A stretch of DNA of 64,000 bases from positions 843,090 to 907,089 of the forward strand of contig JAAOMT010000299.1 of assembly GCA_016748015.1 (NCBI GenBank), read 5' to 3'. Position 1 is the first letter of the stretch, and every line of letters begins with the position of its first letter. The position numbers and the translations under genes are program-made. Shown here piece by piece: positions 38,950-50,436 of the stretch. This DNA is from Geosiphon pyriformis uo1. Its lineage: Eukaryota > Fungi > Glomeromycota. Below the pieces are notes generated by a model. That model had not been told where the DNA came from. It saw only the letters and a program-made list of their open reading frames with translations, and did not search any database.

Positions 38950-41900
38950 GTTATATTATAATTATTGATTCTAAATTTTGGGGAATATCTTCAGGATTAA
39001 TTAAAGGGAAATATGTACCAATTTGTGGAATTAATGGTTTAAGATTGTTTCTGAAATGATAATGTTTCAGTCGATTTCTATGTACAACTTTTGCTAGTAT
39101 TTTGTCATTAAGTCTTAACTTATATAATTCATTGCCTAAAATTTCGTGAATATAAAATAGTTCATCTTATTTATGTTCAAATTTTTCACTTCATTGTTTT
39201 TCAGCCTTAGTTTTGTGTAAGAAAACTTTATTTCTAACTTTAAATTTGTTGGTAACTGGTGGCAGTTTGTTGTTATGTTTTTTTTTTGTAGAGCTTGGAA
39301 GTGTTCAATATAAGTGGCTGTTATGTGTCTCTTTCCTTCTAATGTACTAAAAAAAGTATAAGCTCTTCTTTGGAGTGTTTCTTGAAAGTTTTCTTCATTA
39401 ATTGGTTGTACTAGATATGTTTTTACTGTAAAATTAATTGGTAATATTGCTGTCCTTCCATAAGTAAGATTAAATAGTATGTGTTTTATAGTATCTTGTT
39501 TTAGTGTTTTGTATGTTAGTAACACTGATGGAATAAAGATATCTCATTCCTGCTCAAAATCTGTTAAAACTTTGGCTAAAAATTCACATAATGTTCTGTT
39601 GAACCATTTTACAAGTCCATTTGTTTAGAGATAATAAGGTAATGATAAAAGTCTTTTGACATTGAATTGTTTACAAATTTTTTATATCAAGTTGTTTACA
39701 AAATGTGTTTTTTGATTAGATAAAAGTTCAATTGAGCATCTATGTCTACAAATAATGTTTTTATAAATGAAATTTGCTACTGATTTTGCATCTGCTCTTT
39801 GGATGGCTCTAGCTTCAGGCCATTTAGTAAGATAATTTACTGCAATTGCAATATAACAATGTTTTTGGGTTGTGATAGGTAATGGTCCGACTAAATCAAT
39901 TCCAACTCTGTCAAAAGGTTGTCCAACTTTGATTGGATTTAAAGGTTCTGTGGGGCAAGTTCCTTCTCTTCTTTAACAACTATCACAAGATTCTACATAT
40001 TGTCAAATATTTTTTTGCATGTGAGGCCAAAAGTAATATTCAAGAATTCTTTGAATTATTCTATTTCTTCTCAAGTGTGCTAAAGAAAAATCTGTGTGCA
40101 TATTGTATAGAATTGTTTCTTTTTCATTCTCTTGTACTAATTTGAATGGTTGGTTTGGGTTTCTGCAATTTTTGTAATAAATTTTGTTGTGGTGTATAAA
40201 ATATTGTTTGAATTGGTATTGTAATTGATGTTTTTTACTTGAAGACCAATTCTCTGGCATGGTAAGAGTCTCCAAATAGTTTTTAATGTTGTTGTAATTT
40301 CTGGGATTTATTGTTGTTTGGTTATTTTGTTGGTAGGTTGGTGAGTTGTGATGGATTTGTTATTGGTGTTAATTTTGTTTCATTTTTGAGAGGCTATCAA
40401 CATTGGTGTGTAGTTTTCCTGGTTTATGGTGTACAATATATTTGTAGTCTGCTAAAAAATTATTCCATTGAGACTGTTTGGCACTTTGTTTGGTTTTCTT
40501 TTTATTGAGCCATTTGAGGCCAATATTGTCAGTTATAATGTCAAATTCTTTTTCATTCTTCAGATATTGTTGAAAATGTTTAATAGCCTAAATAACTGTG
40601 ACAGCTTCTAATTCAGTTGAGCCATATTTGAGTTCTGTTGGCTTGAGTGTTCTACTGGCATAAACAATGACTTGTTCTTGGCCATTTTTATCTAATTGTG
40701 ATAAGATGGCAAATGTTATATGTAAAACATCAGTGGCTAATTGGAACTGTTTGTTGAAGTCTGAATAAGCAAGAACTGGAACTGTTGTCAATTTTGTTTT
40801 GAGGGTTTCAAAAGCTTTTTGTTGTTCTTCAGTCCATTGATATGACACATTTTTGTTGGTAAAATAATTGAGTGGTTTGGCAATTTCTGAAGATCCTTTT
40901 ATGAATTTTCGATAGTAGAAGACTAATCCTACAAATCCTTATAGCTCTGTGGTATTTTTGGGAGTTTGAAAGTTTTTGACAGCATTGATTGTTCCAGGGT
41001 TTGGTTTGACTCCATCTTTGTTAACAATGTGTTCAAGAAAGATTAAACTTGTTTTTCCAAAGTAACATTTCTCAATGTTCAACTTCAATCCTGTTTTCTG
41101 TAATCATTGAAAAACTTCTCACAGGTGGATAAAATGGACTTCAAAGCTTGATGAGTATACATCAGTGTCATCAAGATAGACAACTACTAATTGCCATAAG
41201 AGTTCTTTATATACAACATCCATGAGTTGCTGAAATGTTGCTAGTGCATTGCAGAGTTCAAAAGACATAACATTGAACTCATAGTTTCCTTCTTGGGTAG
41301 TAAATGCTGTTTTGGGTCTATCCTTTGGATCCATTTCGACTTGCCAGTATTCACTTTCTAAGTCTAAAGTTGAGAAAAACTTGGCTTTTCCTAAAGCATC
41401 TAACATGTCATTAATTCTTAGAAGAGGATAGGCATCTCTAATTGTCATGCTGTTGAGCTAATAATAATCTACACAGAATCTGATTTTTCCGTTTTTCTTT
41501 TTAACAAGAACTACTGGTGAGGCTTAAGTTAAATCAATCTATTATTGAGTATTCTCTGAACTTTTTCTCTGATGAATTAGTGACTAACAGATGGCACTTA
41601 ATAAGTTTGTTAACATTTTGGTGGAGCATCTTCTGTGTGAATCTGATGTTGAACAATATCAGTTTTTCCAAGATCATTGTTGTCTTTTACAAATATGTCA
41701 GCAAATTCAGCTATTAACTGTTTCAATTGTCTTTGTTGTTGAGGTTCTAAGAGACCCATGTTGATTTAAGAGAGTTTTTCTTTCAAAAAGTGGTAGTTTT
41801 CAGTAGTAGGGATGATGTTTGGATTTAGAAGTAGTGTATGTCTTATAATTTCGATGAAATTAGAAACAATTTGAGGGTTTTTATCTTGGAAAATATTGCT

Positions 41901-44900
41901 GTGTATGATTCCAATCTCTAATTTATTTAATAAGACAATAGAGTAATTATTGGGATTGTAGAATATAACTCGAAATTTTTTCATTCTTTTAGGAATATAA
42001 ATGTTTGGGATTGAGATTTCATGTTTTAAACAGATTTGTTCATTGGATTCAAAGATTGTTGGGTAGTGGTAGGTTTTAAACAAGTGTAAATTTTATGATG
42101 TTCTTCAAAAGGTAAAATAGTAATTGGTTAGAGAAGTTGAAGAATCTGGTGAGATTCATTTTGTGCATTAAGAGCTATGTTTACTGGTATTGTAAATTAT
42201 CCAGTTGAACCAAAACCTTGGGTTTCTCTTTCACTTTTTTCCAATTGTTCTCTGTTCTTAACTGATTGTAAATCCGAAATGTTGATTAAGGGTAGGTAAA
42301 TTGCTTGGAGAATCTTTTCAGCATGTTTTATTTTGAATGATTTCTCAGTTTCATTTTGTAGCATGACAGTGATGTTTTTAGTATATTCTGCATCTATAAT
42401 TCCTCCTCTAATATTGATTCCTTTGTTTGCCAATAATAATCGAGAAGCAATTTATACCATTGCTCCTGGTGGTATTTCAAGAACAATTCTGAGATTGATT
42501 TTGGTTAAAGATTTTGGTTGAAGAAACAAAGTATCTTTGCCAGGATATCTTAGGTCATATTCTGTATTAATTTCGTAGACTTTTTCTGGTTTTATTTCTT
42601 TTCCATTGTTGTCAAAGTATTTGAGTTGTATAGTAGACTGGTTTTCAGTAAGATAGATTGGGGTTGTTGTACTTTCTTCTTCTGGCTTATGTTCTCCAAA
42701 TTCGATTTCTTCTTGGTCATTTTTACTGGGTAAGGGGATGCTAAAAGCATAGCATTCTAAACACCATTTGTTATTACAAGGCATGATGCATTCTTCACAC
42801 AATTGAATGTTCATTTGCTTTAATCATTGAATTTGAGCTTTTTGGATTGGGTATGTGTGGCTTGCAATTTGGTGGTATGTCTCTACTTTATCTTCATAGT
42901 TGAATCCAGCTAATTCCATTGTTTATTCAATGTACTCAGCTTTTTTTATTTGTCAGACATCTTCCTGTGTAGCTCCATTAATTAAAGCCATTGCTAAATT
43001 AAAGATCATTTCAGCATTATGAGGATAGTGGTAAAGTTTGTTGAGAGCACTGTTATATGCTGTATCAAAAGGTGTTCATCTTTTAACTTTTTCCAAAATT
43101 GATAGGGCATATTGGCAGGTTTGGTTACATACTCCTTCTCTTATTGTAACATCAATCCAGTTGTATTCTTCTGATAGCATATTTCTACATATAAGACAAG
43201 AAGTGTTGTCCTATTTTTCACTTCTTTTGGGATATCCAAATCGTTTTCTATGACATGTTTTGCAAAAGTAGCAGGTGCAAGTTTCATATTCCTCTTCTGG
43301 AAAAATACATGCTCCTATTGATAAAAGTTTCTTGTTGCAATTTTTGTATTTGAGTAGAATATAGAATGATTGTTTTCGTGGTTCTAGTGTAGAATATTTA
43401 ACTACATTCTATCCTTTGGTCTCCTCAAAGATTTCTTGTTCTGTTTCTTCAGCCCAATTGGATAATGATTCAAGAGTCATAAAGGTTTCAGTAACTGGTA
43501 GTTTTTTCTCCTCTTTAAATTCAAATACTGGGGCTTTTTCAGATTTTTTATTAAAGATACCACAAGTGGCAGGTACTCTGGTATATTGTTCTTGGTATGA
43601 AATTTTCAATTCCTGGGTTTTCCAATCTAAATTTGTATTGGCCTTGAAAAGCCAATTATTTCCGATAAGAACTTGGTATTGGAGTGCATCCATGACTAGA
43701 ACTTTGACTAGAATAGTGATTCCATCAATGGTAAATAGAAAATTGTTGATTTCTCCTACTGGTGTCTTTTTTATACCATCTGCTATAACAATTACAGTTT
43801 GGGCTGGTCTGTCAACAGTTTTTTGTAGTTGTTGCATTAACTAATAGGTAATAATACTTCCAGCTGATTTACTGTTTAAGATTAACTGAATTGGTTTTCC
43901 TTTTACTTCAGCTTCTGTATACATAGCTGTAATTGCTTTTTGTTTATTAACTGCTGCATTGCTAAGCAAGAAGGTAATTTTTTGGCTTTAAATTTAAATG
44001 GAAATATATCTGAAAGGTTGGCATTTTGAGCAATTTGAGCTGGTAGAATAGTATTGTTAGAAGGATTTGATTTTGGTGCTGCAATTTTACCTTTAGAAAG
44101 TGCAGTTTGTTGAAAATTCGATCTTTCAGACATTGTAAAGTAACTGGGTTGAGTGTATAGTAATTGGGTCTTTGCTGACCAGAATTTCGGGAAACTAACT
44201 GGTTATTTGGGTTGATTCTATTGTTGTTATTCTGAAATTGATTTTGAAGTATAAATTGGTTTTTTTGAACCAATCTTCAGACAGATACTTGGTATTGTTG
44301 TGTAGATGGCTGTTGATACTGTTGGATTGGTAGAGGTTGTTAATATTGCTGCTGTGGGGCAGGCTGATAGTAGTTGTTTTGCTGTTGAAGTCTTGAAGAA
44401 TAGTAGACTGGTGGTAAAGGCTAGTAATAAGATTGCTGTGTTGAAGAGTAATGCTAATTACTCCTGTTTTGTTGGTCTCTTTGTAGTTTTCTGCAATCTT
44501 GTTTCCAATGTCCTGGAATCTCACAATAGTGACAACTTTGGTTTTGACTGTTTGATGATAATGAGTAGTTGGTTTGGTTTTATCATTGTAGTGGTTGATA
44601 TCTTTGTGGTTGTTGCTGTTGTTGTTGGTTGTTGAAATAGTTCTCAACCTTCTTTGTAAGTTGGTTAATTTTCTCTTTAGCTGCTGAACTGGTTTCTCTA
44701 ATAGCAAGATTTACAAGTTTGGTATGGTTTGCTTTTTTCATTGCCATTTCATAGTTTTTTGCATGTCTAATGGCTGTTGCTAAGTCTTCTGGAACATGTA
44801 GGTGAACTTTCTTGATCAATTTGTTTTTTAATTCTGCTATAAACTGATCCAAAATCTGGGCATTGAAATAGTATTCATTGGTTTTTAATTGTTGAATTTG

Positions 44901-45961
44901 TTGAAGAAGTTTGTTGAATCTCCCAAGATAAGTTATAACAGTTTTAGATGTTTCTTGTTTGATATTGTGAAAGCAATTTTGGAGAGTAATAGAGGTGTTG
45001 TTGTCAGTGAATTGTTGTAAAAAAGCATTTTTGAATGCTTGCCAGTTTTCAAATGGTTCTTCTAAGTTTTCAAACCATTCTTTTGCAGTTCTTTGGAGAA
45101 AGTATGGGATTGCTTTAAGCATTTTTGCTGTATTCCAACCATTTGGATCTTCTGCTTTCTGGACTTTATTAAGCCATTTTTGAGGGCTGGTATCATTGTT
45201 TTTACCAGTAAATTCTGAAATTTTTGCAATATAAGCAGTTGTCATTTCTTTTTTGTTTTCTGTAGTTTCTTCTTGTTTTGATTCAGTTTTCTCACTTTCC
45301 AAATTTTTTGAATGATTACTTTCGTTTTTTTGTAAGTAATCAATAATATTGGTGCTGGTTGATATGGGTTTCTGCTGTTGAATAGAACTTTTGGGTGACT
45401 GAAAATTTTTTGGTCTTGAGAAACAGATAAGTAGTGAATTTGATATTTGTGGTTGAACAAGTAAAATTGGAAAGGGTGTAATTGAGAGTAGAAGTCTGGT
45501 GCTGGTTCTTTGTTCTGGAGTTTGTAAGTGTTTGGCAGTTATTTTTGGTGTTTTTGGGATGATTGGAGTGGTGTTTAAATGTTGTTTTAGTTTTTGTTTG
45601 CCTCTGTTGCTTGTTCTGTTTCTGATTCAAAGTCAATAGAGTATTTAGACTGTACTAGATATTTTTCTTCACAATACTAAATAATGCTAAAGTTAAGTTC
45701 TTGAAAGTAGGTTGCAAGAGTTTCACTGTTCAGGTTTTCTGTTTCCAATTGTAAATAGTGCACTAAATTATTGTAGAGGTTGCTTCTAACTTCTGAAATG
45801 TTGTAGTTTCCAAAAAAATAATTGTTAATGTGGTTTTCAATGTATTAGTATACTGATTTCTTGACAACTTCAATTCCATCTGGAATGTTGAATCTTTGCT
45901 TACAGTGAGTGTAAATTGACTGATAATACTCTAGAGTTGTTGTGTCTGGTATGGTTGCCAC
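38950..45961 (-). pseudogene. B gag-pol (capsid ~45245-44700, CHYCEIPGHWKQDC 44493-44534, PR ~43900-43550, Cys-rich ~43400-42730, dUTPase, RT ~41700-40900, RNase H, IN ~40250-39000)
   Basis: Motifs VVVYLDD, DAYPL.RI, YASR, GVDLVGP and TNGLV on the minus strand. Confidence 0.92.
42197..42620 (-). pseudogene. dut: B dUTPase domain
   Basis: EYDLRY, ASR.L.ANKGINIRGGIIDAEY, RETQGFGSTG. Confidence 0.9.
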
Positions 45962-46006
45962 TTTAAATTTGTTGTTGCTGTATTATTTCCATGAAAGAGC
46001 ACCAAA

Positions 46007-46975
46007 TGTTACTGGAGGTTTTTGGTCTTTTTTCTTGAATGTTGTTAATGTTGATTTGCTGTGAATTTACGTTCTCAGAAAGTAGTTGGACCTCCAGTAA
46101 CTGAATTTATTTTCAAATTATCTCCTATAATTTGAACTGCTGGGCTTATAAGTGGAATAGCCAATTTTTTATCAGTTACTTTATGTAGTTACATTGTAGT
46201 AAATGTCAACTCTTTTCCAGGAATTGCTTGTCTGGAAGCTCACTAAAAATGTGTAGTTACTTTGCTGTAAAAGTCAACTCTTCTACAGGAATCTCATCTG
46301 TAGGCTATCCTAATGATTATAATAAGAAAAGGAAAAGAAAATAAAAGAAATGTAAAAGAAATAGAATTATCAAGAGAAACGTTTTCTATCCAGGCCTGAA
46401 GTCACTAACAGATTATTGAAATTGGTAGCTAATCAATTTCAAAACGTTAGTTGTGTTAAGGGAATTTCAAGTGCAATAATCAAAAGATTTGGATTTCGAA
46501 TATTTAATTTTTATTTGAAATATATAAAAGATGATTTGTTTTAATTAAGATATCTAAAGTAGGATACTATGGTAAGATACTATGAGAAAATACATTTTCT
46601 TAAAAAGAGAAGCTCTTTTTTTATACAACTTGTTATAGTACTAGTTTTTGAACTTGCACTTTTCTCTTTGCTACAATTTGGGTGAACTAAAGATACATTT
46701 CGGCAAACTGCAAGTTATTTCACTGAACTATTGATTATTTCGGCCAATTTTCATTAATTTTGGCGAATTTTGACTATGTTAAATGGTTTAGGGTATTGTG
46801 TAATTTGATCATCTTAATTTTTATGGTACAAATCGAATTATTGATTGAGTAATAATATTTGATAATTTGATTAAATAATAAGTAATATTCGAAATAATAA
46901 TAATATATGCTAATTAATAATAGGAATTATGAGGGTAATTTTATGCTAATTAATAGCTAAATTCTACTGGTAACA
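46007..46975 (-). repeat. B 5' LTR
   Basis: Adjacent to the PBS; matches 15354-16299. Confidence 0.95.
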
Positions 46976-47714
46976 TTGTATAACATAAATTAGATATATA
47001 TAGCAAAAGTATTAAAAGCAGAAAAAGCAATTCCTAAAAAATTCAATAAAGTTTTATTAATTTAAAACAATCCCTTTTTTTCTCTATTTATTAATTCTTA
47101 CTTCAAAGATAGTTACTATTAACTGAAGTGAATTTATTAACAAAATATTGAATAAAACATACTTATTATTATCTAATCCATATTATTGTCATTTGTTTGA
47201 AAATCTAATTACTTTTCCATTTATTAACACTTCATATTAATAAAATTCAACACTTAACTACATTGGACCAATAGCTTTTAATCATAGCTATTGACAAAAT
47301 ACTAATTTCTTTTATTTTCTTTCTTTTATTTTCTTTTCTTTTATTTTTTTGTTGTTTACTAATTGATTAAAAATTAACATATGAAGTTATTAATGTCAAA
47401 AGAACTGGTAAAAGACCCAAAAATATGAGTAAATACTTAGAATTAAGAAATAACTTATCAGGAAACTGGCCATTAAGCCAAGAAAAAAATTGACAAAATA
47501 ATTATTTCAAGAGGCTATGAACAACAATATATACCAACTTGAGGATTGAGGAAAAAACTAAAAAACCATTACAACAAAATATTGATATTGAATTCTTGTT
47601 CATTATACAAAGAACTTAACCAAAACCTTTAGATATCATCCAACAGATTACTTATTAAGTACCAAGTTATGAGTTTGTTATTTATATTAACACTCTAAAT
47701 AATCACTTGTAACA

Positions 47715-48378
47715 CTATTTAACAACTTAAAAACCAATTCAAAAACACCACTTATTAACAACATTCTACCAGCAATTATTACTAAAAACAAGTCATTTGC
47801 AACCATATTTCCTTTCAAATTAGAGAAATCAATAATACTATTTCTATTTAGTAGAGCTATTCTTAATGCTAAACCAATTACTACTATGTATATTAATGCT
47901 AAAGTTAATGGTTAATCTATTAAGCTAATTCTTTATAGTAGATTAGTAAACAGTATTATTACATAACAATTCATAAACCAATTAAGTTGCCAAGTTGATC
48001 ATGTTGTTAACATTAAAATTATTATTACTAATGAAGCCACCAAGACTTATATTAACAAAATTAATGACTTTTTATTTAAAGTTAATGACATTATAGTATT
48101 AATTAAAGTTCTTGTGATGAAAGCCACATAATATCAAGCTTTTATTGGTAATAACTGGTTGTTCAAAACCAATGTTATACTTGATTAAAATACTTAAAAG
48201 CTTTAGTTAATATTTAATGGTTAACATAATTGAGTACCTGTTATTTGTAGATACTTTAAAGCTTCTTTAAGAAAACAATCATTGATTGAATTAAAAGAAA
48301 AAAAAAAACCTATTTGGAAAGCTTATCAAGTATCATAGACTGAAGATGAACACAAAAAATTACTGCTGATACTCTTTT
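47715..48378 (+). pseudogene. Element G protease region, truncated by a deletion
   Basis: NNILPAIIT...IKLILYSRL...YQAFIGNNWL, collinear with F 22210-22875. Confidence 0.8.
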
Positions 48379-48379
48379 A

Positions 48380-48951
48380 GAAATCTTCCAACATTACAAA
48401 TATTAATAAATAATTATTTATTATCTTCAATTTTACTCTTCACTATCAACACTTCATGTTAATAACAAGTAATACTTAACCACACTGAAACAATAGCTCT
48501 TGATTATGACTATTGACAAAATACTAACTTGCAAATTGCCTTGGCTTATTTTCTTTATTTTTTTTTGTTTTTTCTTTTCTTTATTTCATTTTTGTGATTT
48601 TATTGTTGTGTACTAATTGATTGAATGAAAATAATGCATAGAGTACTAACATCAAAGTGACTGGTAAAAGACCCAAGAATAAGAGTAGAACACTCAATTA
48701 AGGATAGCTTACCAGGAGGAATACTGGCCATTACACTGAGAAAAAAATTGACAAAACTGTGGTTTTAGGAAGCTATGGATAAACACTATTGAATCTCTGT
48801 TCATTATACAAAGAACCCAATTAAAATCTTCAGATAACAATACCTTTAGATACAAACAACCTTCAGATAAAATCATCAACCAGAACATCCATCAAACACC
48901 AAGTTATGAGTTTGTTATTTGATTTGAAACCCCAAATAAATGCCTGTAACA
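48380..48951 (+). repeat. 5'-truncated family-A LTR
   Basis: R/U5 hairpins present, ends CTGTAACA, U3 missing. Confidence 0.85.
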
Positions 48952-50436
48952 GTGTCCATCTGATTATTTGGTGTTGAGCATTGGCATCTGTTTTTTGTGA
49001 GAACCAGGTAGTAGGAGAGCCTTGGAGATAGCCACCAACAATTTGAAATTTGTATTCATCATTATACTGGTTGGCTATGGCAGCTCTCTCAAAATCATCC
49101 AACCATTCAATTGGATCTTGTGTATCACCTCTAAATAGTGGTAGTGGGGTATTGTTTCTTCTTTCTAAAGCAGTTTGTATACTTTGGAGGGTGGCCAGAA
49201 TGTTTGCTTGCATGGAGTTATTACCTATTGGTTCAGGAGTAACTGTTTGTATAAATGAATCTGATTTACTTAATAAAAGATCAAAAACAGGAGCAGTTTG
49301 GTAGCTTTCTTCTTCTGTTTCAAAGGGAGTTTCAATTGCTTGATGGACAGCAATCTAAATGTAGATTTGATGATTCAGATATTTGGAATCAGGAGGCTGT
49401 TGTTCAAAGGTTGTGGAGTATAAAAGTTGATTGATGTTGTTGTTTCTTTTTTCAAAGTTGTCTTCAAAATAAGCTTGATTAAAGTAATAAGTTGTATAGG
49501 CTGTGTAGGTTTCAGCTGAATGCTTGTTCAGAAACCAGTTCCAAAAATCTTGGAATTGTCTACTGAATTGATTTTCAATGGAAAAGCAAATCAAGCAGAA
49601 GGACAAAGAATTGAGTTCAATAAAGTTTAGATCGTTTTTGTTGTGTGTTTCAAAGTGTTTTTCTGATTGTTGTGGCAGGTATGAATAATCACCCATATAA
49701 TAGGAAACAAAGTGGATTTTGACAACCTCACAGGAAGCACCACTTTTATGTTATGGGTTGAAGTAACAAGCTAACAAATAGCAAAGAAGAACAGAATTGT
49801 AGGGTGATAAAAGAAATCAAAGAGATTTCAACTTCAAAGAGCAAATTAAATAAGTATGAATTCAATGTGTGAGATCAGTCTCATAAAATATCTCAGTCAC
49901 TATTCTTTTCAAAAGATAACTGGAAAATCTGAAGATAAAAAGATAGTTTATACTATTAACAAATGATCACACTTGGTATAATTTTATGCCTTATGTCAGT
50001 GCTTTTAGAATTCAATATCAAGTATCAGATGTGCTCTTCAGTTATATTTTATTCAATAATCTTCAAATGCTATACTTATACATTTCAAGAAAAGGATAAG
50101 AAATAAACAACAAGTAATCTTTTATCCCAAGATATTCAGATACTTGAAGATAGGAAAAGGGAAATTAGCAATAAGAAAATAATTGAGATAAAAGTTGTTA
50201 TTTTATTTATTCTTGATTATTTTGAACATGCTTTTCTATAGCTAAGAGATTTATTACTTATATAGCTGTCAAAAGTGGTTAATAATCAGGTCAACGACTA
50301 GGTCAATGATCAGGTTAATGGTCAAGTCAATAATTAGATTAATGATCACTATCTAAAAATAGTGTGGCTAATTTATATGACATTAGTGGCTAATACATGT
50401 AATAATTAATAAGAAGTATAAGTTTTAACCATAACA
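48952..50436 (-). mobile_element. Element E2 fragment: 5' LTR (49749-50436), PBS (49724-49742) and 5' part of gag
   Basis: LTR homologous to E1. PBS TGGTGCTTCCTGTGAGGTT. Capsid-like PLPLFRGDTQDPIEWLDDFERAAIANQY...YLQGSPTTWF. Inserted at CTAT into a family-A LTR. Confidence 0.88.

Larger units (their letters stand above)
15354..46975 (-). mobile_element. Element B: divergent dUTPase-bearing Gypsy family containing nested elements C, D, E1 and F
   Basis: LTRs 46007-46975 (5') and 15354-16299 (3'), TSD TTAT/TTGT, PBS 45989-46004, PPT ~16304-16314, gag-pol on the minus strand 45961-~38950. Confidence 0.93.
15190..47714 (+). mobile_element. Solo LTR A' (15190-15353 plus 46980-47714), split by the 31.6-kb element B nest
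   Basis: TGTTAT start, GTAACA end, and the two halves join in register. The flanks TCAT/CTAT are independently C>T-mutated copies of CCAT; the homologous uninterrupted site at ~51605 reads CCAT. Confidence 0.8.

Noticed and set aside
1510-48951. G as one intact element bounded by the LTRs at 1510 and 48951
   Set aside because: The flanks do not match as a TSD, and the left and right host sequences belong to different elements on opposite strands.
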